From Trypethelium eluteriae (lineage: Eukaryota): a stretch of DNA of 64,000 nt. The translations under genes were made by a program, and so were the position numbers. Positions within the stretch are counted from its first letter, which is position 1. Every line of letters begins with the position of its first letter. Positions 35,657 through 46,179 of this stretch are shown in pieces. The stretch is from NCBI GenBank assembly GCA_051942245.1, contig JAVECL010000001.1, positions 62,001-126,000 of the forward strand, in the 5' to 3' direction. A model generated the notes under the pieces. That model saw nothing but the letters and a program-made list of their open reading frames with translations, made no database searches and was not told where the DNA came from.

Positions 35657-36821
35657 CTAGAAAGTGAGAGTGGCGCCAGCTGTCCCGACGACTGCAGCCT
35701 TCACATTCGTCGAGCCCAAAGTCTTGTAAGAGTACGGCACGCTGGTTAAAGAACCCTGCTCAGCCTCATCGGCTTCACCACCAAAGTTGTTGTCTCGGCT
35801 CACAGCATACCCATCGTCTGTCGAGTAGAGTGGCTTCTTGCTGTTCACGAAGGCGTTGCTCTCGACCAGGAGCTGTGCTCCGTCACGAGTGTTGATGCCA
35901 TCGCTGACAGTGTCAAAGTAGCTGTTGAATACATGTCCAGTACCAAAACGGTAAGACGGCCCACGACTATTGATGTTATACCAATAGTTGTTCGCGTAAG
36001 TCACAGTTAGGTGACCAGTATCTTCAGCACCATTAGAATCGGAGTGCCCCACAAGCGAAGCTTTCCAGTGGTCATGCAGAAACGTATTTGAGATGGTTAC
36101 GTAGTCGGAAGCATGTGTAACGTCGATAAGCCCGTCATAGTAGTCCTTGTCATGGTCCCTATCAGATGACACGTCACAGTGGTCTACCCAGACGTTGCTG
36201 CTGGCCTGAATTCCGATGGCATCACCGTTTTCCGCTAGAACTTTCTGGATTGTGAGGTTGCGAACGATGACATTTTTCTTACTCTTGATATAAAGGCCCG
36301 CACCAACGAGTTCTGAACGCAATTTATCAGAAGGTGTCCAGCCAAGTCACCTGGTGATGGCTACTTACTAGCGCTGCTGTTCTTTCCGACGATGGATTTG
36401 TTTGAACCGACTCTCACCTGCGCAGCCTGGCTGATGGTGCCTGCGATGACAACTACTCGGGCGACATCGTCTGCAACGGCAGCAGTAAATTGAGCATAAG
36501 TTGAGACGGTCGTAGTGGTACCCCCAGCACCACCCTTGGTGCTATCACAAGTATCAGAAATGTCTCTTTTGACAGTGCGGCGTTAGGAAATATAACTTAC
36601 CCACCATTCAACGTTGCATACCCAACAGATGCTGCGTCGGTGATGGCCGCACTAGCAGCGTTGACCTCTCTAATAGCCGCCCCAGAGTTCTCAATCGTGG
36701 ATGTTCCACTGATTACGGATGATCCAGTTGCGCCCTCATCATTGGAGGCAACGAGGGGAGACCCAAGAGCTCCAAGAGCGGGTATTGAAACAGCGAGAAA
36801 GTTTGCTAATTTCATCTTCAT
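35657..36821 (-). CDS. Secreted pectate lyase, family PL1, 3 exons
   Basis: Signal peptide. Introns 36542-36600 and 36313-36368. Motifs VGYATLNGGTKGGAGG, NVIVRNL, GDAIGI, NVWVDH, YYDGLID and SRGPSYRFGTGH. Confidence 0.93.
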
Positions 36822-37100
36822 GTAGATTTTTATCAAGATTGACCGTGCTCAAGTTCGTGCGTACAGTTCAGAAGTGACCAAGAGTACGTTGAGAATATCA
36901 TTATGGCAGAGAACGAAGGTTTATATGCACTTCACCACGTTCAGAGGCATGCTGATAGTCTCTAGATCAAATGCAAACGACGCAGAACTCGGGGAAATTA
37001 TACAGGATACAATATAATTCTCTTGGCAGCTCAGCTATTCGGAAATCAAGGTCCGGGGTTGGTGGACAGAACATAGGAAGGCTAGGGGCCAAGAAACATA

Positions 37101-37281
37101 CCTTACGGCGGCTGGGGGGTTCCTCAACTGGTAATTAATACAACCTTATTTCGACTTTGCTATTATGACCTTGTTGGTCCATTTTAACAACGTCTTAACA
37201 TGGGCCAACATGGTCATAATAGTAAAGTCGAAATAAGGTTGTATTAATTACCAGTTGAGGAACCCCCCAGCCGCCGTAAGG
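37101..37281. mobile_element. 181-bp fold-back MITE-like element, copy B (near-perfect), flanked by TA
   Basis: TA|CCTTACGGCG..CGCCGTAAGG|TA. 87-bp arms with 4 mismatches (outer 58 bp perfect) around a 7-nt loop. TA target-site duplication is typical of Tc1/mariner derivatives. Confidence 0.9.
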
Positions 37282-37960
37282 TATTGATCAGCAAGCTCAG
37301 ACACGCTGAATGAGCAGCCAGCAGTGGATACTGTCGAAAGGATTGATTGGTGGAGGACGGTTTGTTTCGCGTTTCGTCAAAGTTCTTGGCGGAAGCGATG
37401 GCGGAAGAATAAGACCGTCTTGGCTTCTTGGCACCTTATGTACACACTGTCTCTCGAGATTAGAGGGCTTGCATCGAGAATATTGCGGGGATTGCTTGAT
37501 GTCAGCGCAACAAGATATCGCTAAGCATCGAGTCCTATAGTCTGGCATAGCGGGCAAACACTTTAGTGGTTTAGACATGGCTTCGACTCCACAACACTCA
37601 GCACTTCAAGTGTCTCAACTGGTGTCGGGCTTTTCGCCATCAAGGACTGGCACCTCTGGGTATATTCTAGCTTGCGTAATTCTATGATGTACGATTCGAA
37701 AGATGCCGATCTGTCACAGAGGTTGGGACTAAAGCCATTTCCACTTTAGGAGGTACTTGGGATTTGAAGCTCGAAACCTAAGGTAATCAGGGTATGGCAA
37801 TTGATCTCCACATGATTCCGAACCCAATGACTTACCTTTTCTTTACGGTCTAGTACCAACGCCCATTTCGCCTGTTAAAGCCCCGAACCACCGGTAACGC
37901 GATCAAACAGTATCATACACCTGCAGCCAGTCGCTAGACAGAATACAGACGAATATAGTC

Positions 37961-39211
37961 CTATGAGAAGTCTTCTTCTTTCTCCACGATCTGCTCTTTC
38001 ACTCGTAACAATATCGTTGTCTCCCACTTGCTCAGCTTCGATAGCGAGTCATATTGGAACTGGTGATTGTCAGCATGACCTCGAGCCGTGCGGGGGACGA
38101 GCGCTAGCATGTACAAGTTTATCAGCGAACATCTCCTGATCGCCTCTCTCAATTGCCTCGGCTAGATCGCTGAGCAGCTGATGCTCTCTTTGCGAAGCGA
38201 AGGAGGGATCCATCTCTCGATAGTTTTCGAGCGCTCTGTTCACTGCAACTAAGTCATTCGTAGCCAAGTGGCACTAATTGAGACAGCGGTCAACGCAAAG
38301 CAGCATTCTCATTCATCCGTCAAGTGCACTCACCATGCCTGCATGGAGGAAGTAGGTCTTCACACTCCACTTCATTAGGTTGTTGTTGATTGAGGATTCT
38401 AGTTTTGTCGAGTCAACTCGGAAGAGCACACATAGGCAACAAAGGGTTCTTACTCGCGACCTTCTCATAGTACTCAATGGCTCTCGGATAGTCGTGTTCG
38501 AGTGCTGCAATATCCGCGGTTTTCAGAAATAACTTGTTTGCCAAAGCTTCGGCATTATCCTGGATGCAGAATGTATTATCAGCAGTGAGACTTTGGATAG
38601 AAGGTCCTATTCAACTCAAAAGCATATGCTGGTCCGTTCTCAAGGTTGTCGTACCTGCTCAAACCCTATGGAGTGGGAATTTATCAGCAATCAACTGGAA
38701 GAGCACTGCACCGGAGAGTAGGAGCTTACAGCCTGCAGCGGTGTCGTAAGCTCCTAAAGCCCGCTTGTTGTCACCAATCTCCTCAAACAGTTCAGCCAAG
38801 TGTTGTTGATTTGTCGCTGCTCGGCGGAAGTTGCCCTTCAAGGTATAATGATTGATAGAATATTGCAAGCATCGTGCTGCGTCCTCTGGTGAATCTTTCC
38901 GATAGGTCTTGAAAGCTTCTGAATATGTATTTGCCGCGTCATCAGCTTCTTTGAGTGCGTTTTGTTGGATATCGGCTGCCCTCTCAAAGGCTCGTCCAGC
39001 TTCTATACCCATCTTCTGGAGTCGAAAGGCATTTGCAGCCTGTGTAAACGTGTCGGCGGCTTCCTCCAGTTTATTCTGCTTGCCCCCGAATAGCGAGAAG
39101 CCACCGGAGGCACTCTGCTGCAACTTCTCTGCCTGCGTATCTTAGCTCAGTCGTGAGCTTGGTATCCCGAATGAATACCTTTTGGAGCAGAGCTCGCGGA
39201 TCTTGTGACAT
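37961..39211 (-). CDS. SEC17: Alpha-SNAP vesicle fusion protein Sec17, 7 exons including an 11-nt exon
   Basis: MSQDPRALLQK|AEK.., AANAFRLQK, KGNFRRAA, W-FEQ|DNAEALANK, NNLMKWSVK, C-terminus IVEKEEDFS. Confidence 0.93.
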
Positions 39212-39549
39212 CTTGAAGGACGAAGTGAAGGTATATTGGCAGATAATGGGCGACAATCGAGACCTTAACGCAAATAAGAATCGAACGTTGGTTTCAAAGT
39301 GTTGTAAATTGAGTCTGTCGTAGCCAGCAGCCCACTCTGAACCCCACGACATTAGAAGCCTTGCGCTTGTCCTATTCGGGCTTAGTGCGTAATGCGGTGT
39401 CCATCAGTCCCGCTGCGAAGACCACACCACGCCCATGGTGACAACCATCATCAGCTTCAACCTCAACCTGACCCATAGACCTCCGCATCTCTCCATGTCC
39501 CACTTCACTGTGTCGGTCTCCGAATATCCTCCCTCCTGACACCCCAAGA

Positions 39550-40146
39550 ATGGTAGCCTTTCATCAGTTACGGAGGTCATTGGCTCATAGACCTCTTGGG
39601 CTCCCTCGCTCCCTTCCGAGCTACGCTCTTAATCTACATGCAAGGCATAGCTCATCGCTCTCGGACTCCGATATCAAACACCTATTATCGACTCCGACAT
39701 GGTCCGTCAAGTCTCTTCTACCTACTGACGGCCATGATCAAGCCGCCGATGGCGTCTCATCAAATCAGCTCCGACATCTTCTCCGGCTTTCTGCGTTACC
39801 GCCACCATCAAGTCCAGAGGAGGAAACTCACATGCTCAGGACGTTAGATACTCAGCTACACTTTGTCAGAGAAATTCAAAAGGTTGATACAGAAGAGATA
39901 GTGCCATTACGCAGTCTGAGGGATGAGACAGCAGAAGCTCGAAAAGAGTGCGAGATTGGCTTGGATGATCTGAAAGAGGTTTTCGACCAGGAAGTGACCA
40001 TGGGCAAGCACCATTTGCGAATACGGCGGAGGCAAAATTTCCGAGTCGACACTGACGGAGCCGAAGATTGGGATGTACTTGCTCATGCTGAACGCAAGGT
40101 CGGCAGATTCTTCATTGTCGAGAACGCAAAAGACACGGAATCATGA
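39550..40146 (+). CDS. Mitochondrial Glu-tRNA(Gln) amidotransferase small subunit (GatF/GatC-like)
   Basis: Presequence-like N-terminus. Motifs PTWSVKSLL, LRHLLRLSALP and QLHFVREIQKVDT..PLRSLRDET. Confidence 0.7.
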   Translation: MVAFHQLRRSLAHRPLGLPRSLPSYALNLHARHSSSLSDSDIKHLLSTPTWSVKSLLPTDGHDQAADGVSSNQLRHLLRLSALPPPSSPEEETHMLRTLDTQLHFVREIQKVDTEEIVPLRSLRDETAEARKECEIGLDDLKEVFDQEVTMGKHHLRIRRRQNFRVDTDGAEDWDVLAHAERKVGRFFIVENAKDTES

Positions 40147-40381
40147 AAATGATGATATAACCTATCGACTCTGTGGGTTTCTGGAAATTGTGCCAAGACG
40201 ACAAGCAATCACATATCAGCTACATCAAGGTGTACCGCAAAGGATCACGTCTTGGGCCGGTCAGTTTATGTGGAGGTGACCATCCAGAACTTCTCAACAC
40301 TCCAGATAAGATCTGGGCTCAGGATACATTTCTTTCATCTTCGTCACCCTACTAAGAACTGGAATCATTCCTAGCATCCGA

Positions 40382-41032
40382 TTAGCTTCCAGCAATGGTC
40401 ATGTCAAAGGGTCGTCTTACCAAACTGTAGGCTTGTTGTTCGGACGGACCATTACCTTGGCAGCGCCACGCGAACTTCGTAGGATGAACACAAGCACCAC
40501 AGGCGCAAAACTGCTTCTGCTCACATCTTGGTAGCTCAGGCGTTGGCAACCGACAGCTCCTGGGCGTGGGAGGCGGTGTCGGCAGCAGTGCGGAATTCAT
40601 TGGCTGCGCCTTTGGCGTATCTGAGCGAGAAGCATGATTCTCTCCTTCTCGATGGCGGCTATGGATCACTTTTGGCTCCCCGCGCCTTGGCTCGATCTTT
40701 GGAGTGGTGAGAGTCACGTGCTCGGTGATGCCTGAGAATTCAGGCCCCCACGTCGGCCTCCACCCATGAGTACGTAGGTGAACTGCATCCCCGTCACCAG
40801 CGGCCATCTGGTATCTCATAGCCTCCTTGAGCTGCGCTTCATACTTGGGAGTCATCGGATCAAATGGACTGGCTTCAAATATCTGTCGACGGCTTTCTGA
40901 CATTCGGACGATCTCCCCGTCGATTTTGACTGAGCGACGATACCTACAGGACTGCACTACCCATGCATCTTTTTGTGAAGCCAAGTCACGCGTGGAGGGG
41001 CCTGTCCTTGAAGAGGTCGGCAACGACGGCAT
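40382..41032 (-). CDS. Hypothetical protein (Pro-rich, C-terminal FCACGAC)
   Basis: The frame is open from 41275 to 40382. The most plausible start is ATG 41032 (MPSLPTSS). No family recognised. Confidence 0.4.
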   Translation of the reverse strand: MPSLPTSSRTGPSTRDLASQKDAWVVQSCRYRRSVKIDGEIVRMSESRRQIFEASPFDPMTPKYEAQLKEAMRYQMAAGDGDAVHLRTHGWRPTWGPEFSGITEHVTLTTPKIEPRRGEPKVIHSRHREGENHASRSDTPKAQPMNSALLPTPPPTPRSCRLPTPELPRCEQKQFCACGACVHPTKFAWRCQGNGPSEQQAYSLVRRPFDMTIAGS

Positions 41033-42313
41033 CGTTGCGGATGTTGGATTGGGTTTGAGCTGAATGGGGTCTCGAAAGATACTAGACTTGGCTATGTCTG
41101 TTCGCAAGGCCCGAAAATGACTTCCGTGCGATGCCAGGCGATGTCTTGAGCACGGATGGCGACTTTGGATGAAAAGAGATCGAGTCGAGCAAGTGTAAGA
41201 ATGGAAGTGGGAAAAGTGGGAGGTGTGGTTCTTATAGGAGGGAGGGTAGCTCATGGCAGGGGTTACCCGCATCAACTCCTCCCGTGCCTCGTTATTGCAA
41301 ATCTTCCCCCCGGTCAGTCACCGCCTTTGCATGTTCACTCTGTGTAGGTTCCAGTTCAGTCTCAAATTTCTTGATCCCTCAAGAAGCCCAGCATACGTGC
41401 CTATTTGGAGCCTTCGACAAGGCGTGGTAGGGGTCTTGACCACCCCCATTCCATCGCTGGTCCTGGTCTCAACATCCATTCAGCTTATACGAGGGGACAA
41501 TTTGGCCCTGATCTGAGGAGTGCGAAGACTCAGATAGAGTCTCACCGCCGGAGACCTACTGACCTTGCTCTCACTGGTGCCTTTTACCAACTGTGTTAGG
41601 TAGGTGACTTATACCTGCGTAGGAGAATTCTGTCCCGGACACTCATTTCCTTTCGGTACTCAGGGACGTAGCTATGCAGTTAGACCGTCTATCCGGATAC
41701 AGCCAAGAAAGAGTAAATGATGACCTGGCTGCTGTCTTCTCTACGATCTGCCAGCCTGAGCTATTCTTCACATATCCAGTCAACAGCCCGCAACACTGCG
41801 TATCTCGCAATCCAGATCATGATCATCATGACCATCACGATCACTATTGAAAGGCCACATGTAACTCGGTACGACCTGGTTGCACACGATCAAGCAGAGA
41901 TCTATGACGTTCCTATAAAATTATATCGTTTTCCATCCCAGTCTTAATGCTGCCACAATTTTCGATGCCTAATATTTGCACCATGCTGGCGCTCTAAAAG
42001 TTTTCAGTAGTGTGTCCTGAAGTGGTAGGTAAGTCGAATCTTGAACATTTTGAGACGTGAGACTGTCAAGTCGTCCTGCTACTAATCCAAAAGATTGTGC
42101 AGCAGCTACCAAGACTGATTCATACGACAATCACTTTTCATGATGATGATAGCTGTAGCACGTAGCAGAATGCACCAATGTATTGCAAAGAACTATTTAC
42201 AAAATGCAGTAGTTGCAGAGACATCCGTGTTGGAAAAAATGCATCTCGTTTGTAAACTCGGCTATATATTCATTGTCGACGTGAAGATATACGACTGAGA
42301 GGTGGTGCGACTA

Positions 42314-42672
42314 TCATGATAGCGAATTATCGGTTTCACGTTTTGCTAGATCATCCGGCGGCTGGGTGCTTTTCGCGCCCTCGGCTGCTAGACCATCATT
42401 TTTGTTTGCTGCTGGCTGCTGAGTCGCCTCTTTCTCGATCCTAGACGAGATCAGTCTCCGAAATACAACATAATACGAGTTATAGGGAAGTACTGTTGGT
42501 TGAGCGATCTTTCTCTTGCCGTTTTCTCAAATTCGGGTTTGAAGGAATACACCGCTGAGCAGCACGTTAGCTGGAGATCTCGAAAAGGAGTCAGAGGATG
42601 GATTTTTGTACAGGTGATGACACCAAAAAGTGTGATGAAACCTAAGGCACTGGCATTATACAACCGACTCAT
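42314..42672 (-). CDS. 82-aa single-pass microprotein (PIGBOS1/Ecm19-like), 3 exons
   Basis: Exons 42672-42612, 42554-42494 and 42440-42314 (249 nt), with GT-AG introns carrying CTAAC and CTGAT branch points. Product MSRLYNASALGFITLFGVITSVYSFKPEFEKTARERSLNQQIEKEATQQ.. Confidence 0.7.
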
Positions 42673-43790
42673 AATCCAGACCGCTGCAGTTCCACACGAG
42701 GTAGTAGATCGAATATGTTTGGTTTGTAACCGAATTCGACGAGACTGGTTGGGACTAGGGTATTGCTTAGTCATATGGATCGCAGCTCGGTGGTCCCGTC
42801 CCCGTGACCGTCTGGGCGAGGGTGAGGTTGCATAAAATCAAAAATAGTGCACATGCTTCAGAGCAGGATTGCATTAATCTATCAATCCCAGCATTGAAGA
42901 TTACCCATCCCAAGCGCCGGAGGATTGTGGCGCAGACGGGACTATGGAGTAGGTGAGCAGTTAGGGGCTTGGTATTCCGTATTTTCTAAACTGATACTCG
43001 GTACCTAGCGAACAATAAAGCAAACCTCGCATTCTTGGACGAATTCGACATATGAAGAGTGCACAGTGTGTGCACTGCTGGCTCTGGAGCAACCCTAATC
43101 ATATACTCTGTAGACGAGCGCCGGTCTGTCGCCTCAAGACGCTTGCTTAAGAGCTTCAAAGAAATCAGGGGCACATCCACGACACCGTACCGCGTCTATT
43201 TACAGTCGGCTGGCGCCTCCGCTAGCTCGAGCTTGTCGACCCAAGCACGTTTCATAAGAGCATGTCCATCGAACTCTCAGCAGCTAGGATTGGATTTCTA
43301 GAAGCGATCGGAAATCTGTACGTCATTGATTGCTATTGCGCCTTCCCCTAAAGCTCCTTTCCTCCGAAGTATGGTGCAGGTCACTTTACTGGCCTGAATC
43401 CGCACTCCGCAAAACGGCTTACTCTGTACGGAGTTCAGGCTGGACATCAGCGCCACCTTGCGCTTATCCCAGAAGGATGAGGACATCGCTTGATGCCTAT
43501 TTTAATCCTATGGCTGGCTTAAATACTACCGTATCTAGCTAGGTAGGCCGTTGTGCATAACGAAACTCATAGCTTGACCACGGAACAATATTGGCTCGTA
43601 TCGCTAGCGACATTGCGTTTTGCGCCTTTATTATGCTGCACGCCTCTTCTTAAGTTGGAAGCATCGCACGTTTGCTTTATAAAAACAGAGTAGCTCCATT
43701 CCCTGACCTCCTCGATATCACCTACACTCGTTTGAAGAAGACTTCGTTCATTATTTGACATTCGCTTTTCTTGAGGTTCAAACTGAAAAT

Positions 43791-44772
43791 ATGGCTCCAT
43801 TTTTTGCTTACTTCTTTCTCGCCGCCCAGGCGTCGCTCCTTGCCTTGGCCCAAGACGAACCCTACAGTACCGACTACGACTATTATAACGGCGACTCCAG
43901 TTACAATGACGGCGATACCAATTATTATGACGGTGATTCCAATTACGGCAGCAGTGATTCCGCTACTTGTTACTTTCCCGCCGGCAATATCGCATATGGT
44001 AATGTTCCGTGCAACCCAGACGGCGAAGTCTCCACATGTTGCGGTGACGTCTCCAAATGTCTCGCCAACGGTCTTTGTGCGGTCGGCGACACGAGTGATG
44101 GTCTAGGCGGTTTCCTAAATTCTGGGGTGGAATTTGCCAGGGGCGGCTGCACAGATCCCACTTGGCAAGACCCAGCTTGCTTCCAGCATTGTCTCAGCTG
44201 TGAGTAGTCCTCCGTGGATCTTGCCTTCTCGTCATGCGATCTCGAAGCTAACGTCTGCCTGAACAGCTCAGCCAGGTAGTCCTGATAGCAACGGCGCTGC
44301 TGTGTTTGAGTGTGGAAGCGAAGGCTACGCCAACCCGGCGAACTACTGCTGCGAAAATGGAATTGACGCAAAAACGGCTTGTTGCGCGACCTCTTCTCTG
44401 ATCTTCGAGCTTGGCCCAGGAACATACGGATCCATGTCTCCTGCAACGTCTCCTGCCTCTGCTTCCTATCCAGCTCCTACGATTACTACAACAGCCACTA
44501 GCGATCAAACCTACACCGTCCCTTCTACGAAATCCGTCGGATCTGTCGTCCCGGTCATGACTGGCAACAGCTCCCCTATAGTGTCTGTCCCGACACCTCA
44601 GCCCTCCAATGGGACAGCACCCATTGCATCGGTCCAAACCTCTTCTTTCCGCGCATCAAATGCAACAGCTACCACAGCTCGCCCGTCGGCATTCACGGGG
44701 GCGGCTGACAACATTCACGTCTCTCCAATAGGATGTATTGCCATCGCTCTTGCAGCTTTGGGATGTCTGTAG
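43791..44772 (+). CDS. Secreted Cys-rich, Ser/Thr-rich, probably GPI-anchored cell-surface protein, 2 exons
   Basis: Signal peptide and CYFPAG..PC..STCC..CLANGLC..RGGCTDPTW..ACFQHC domain. Intron 44200-44266, S/T stalk and C-terminal FTGAA plus hydrophobic tail. Confidence 0.8.
43881..43943 (+). repeat. Three imperfect 21-bp coding tandem repeats (YYNGDSS/YNDGDTN/YYDGDSN)
   Basis: tattataacggcgactccagt, tacaatgacggcgataccaat, tattatgacggtgattccaat. Confidence 0.8.
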
Positions 44773-44937
44773 GACAGCACCGGCTTGTTTGGGATACCAT
44801 GAACGTTGTTTTCGTCTTCGCAAATGTCAAATATTCTACCTTGTATATTTTCGAATTGAACTAATATATCCAATGCGACTTTTCCCAAGTCTACTGACGC
44901 TTTTACCGCCCTTTCGATGCTTGTGATGGCTCCGATC

Positions 44938-46179
44938 TTAGGTCGTCTCAAGAAGTCCCAACCGCAAAACGTCCTGCTCATTAACCCTTGGTGCTTTCAC
45001 AACTGGCACATGCCTTGTCTGCTCAAAGTGCACGCTCCCATATCTAAGCAATGCTGCAAAGGTACCCTCAGCACAATCAGCGTTCCCGTTCTCTGAACGA
45101 TCCCAGAGCTGCCCGAGAGCTGGTGTCTTGAGCAACTTTTTCCCATGGTAAACTTTTTGCATTGATGCCTGTTCAAGAAGAGTCCAGACCAGATTTCCTG
45201 CCTCTTCTACTTTCGCTGTATCTTCATCGTCAAATTTTGTTGCCAGCAGATCAAAGACTTTTTGTGTGTCGAAACCTGTAAGTTTCTCGGCAAGCCAAAT
45301 TTCGTCCAGCGAGTCGATAAGGAGAACCTTCTGTTCCCAGTACTTACGGCCGCTAAAACCCTCACGATCCTTTCCCGGGGAATCGAGAAGACACACCCGC
45401 ATCCATGACAAAACTTGGGAGACGTACTCCAAAATTTCCGCAAAAGAGACGGCGTAGTCAAATTTGTACTGTGCTTCCTTAGCGGCATCTTCCGGTGGTT
45501 TCGGACGGCTCAATGCAGGGAGTAATGCTGTCAACAGGGGATCCGAGGCCATGCCTTTATGATTTGTGCGGCCATCGCGCCACAAGGCGCAGAAAATTTC
45601 GTGCCACCGCTGAATGAAAGGACTGCCCTTTCGGGCCATAAGGAAAGCGTTACTGGTCATGAGCGACCAAGCATGTGGCACGGCGACTTCATACGGTTGC
45701 TTGGGGTCGCAAAGAGCCGCCCAGCAAATCTTTTCCAAATGGCGGAACAAAAGAATTCCCACGTCAAGCCAGGCACCTCCATGTAAAAACAAACAAGCAC
45801 CTTTCAGCAAGTCTGCGCTATGGGGACCGACATAATCGCCACTCATTTGATGCTCTACGAAAGCCGATGGAAGCAAGGTAGGCGGTACGAAATTCAGAGC
45901 GTTCGAAGGAGAATCCGGAAGGGTATCGAGCACTCGGATAGTCCAATCAGGCCCGAGAAGACGCGCCCAATTGACAACATTCCGCTTCGTCCAAGCTGGC
46001 ATATTATCCAATCCCGAATGCCAGAATGCCCAGACGTTCTGCTCAGTGGTGACGGGCGGTGGCGCTTTAATGTTCGAGATAATCTCTTCGCTGGGTCGAC
46101 AGTCCCTTGATGGAATTACCTTCAATTTCCCCTCAAGTTTATGGGGAAGCGAATATGCTTTCGGGTCCGCCATTTCCAT
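44938..46179 (-). CDS. Capsule polysaccharide synthesis (Caps_synth, GT32-like) glycosyltransferase
   Basis: NVWAFWHSG, WARLLGPDWTIRVLD, GPHSADL..LFLHGGAWLDVG and PFIQRWH. Single exon, 413 aa. Confidence 0.8.
   Translation of the reverse strand: MEMADPKAYSLPHKLEGKLKVIPSRDCRPSEEIISNIKAPPPVTTEQNVWAFWHSGLDNMPAWTKRNVVNWARLLGPDWTIRVLDTLPDSPSNALNFVPPTLLPSAFVEHQMSGDYVGPHSADLLKGACLFLHGGAWLDVGILLFRHLEKICWAALCDPKQPYEVAVPHAWSLMTSNAFLMARKGSPFIQRWHEIFCALWRDGRTNHKGMASDPLLTALLPALSRPKPPEDAAKEAQYKFDYAVSFAEILEYVSQVLSWMRVCLLDSPGKDREGFSGRKYWEQKVLLIDSLDEIWLAEKLTGFDTQKVFDLLATKFDDEDTAKVEEAGNLVWTLLEQASMQKVYHGKKLLKTPALGQLWDRSENGNADCAEGTFAALLRYGSVHFEQTRHVPVVKAPRVNEQDVLRLGLLETT

Noticed and set aside
41717..41760. ATGATGA..CTGA resembling a C/D box snoRNA
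   Set aside because: Too short, no terminal stem and no convincing rRNA-complementary guide.
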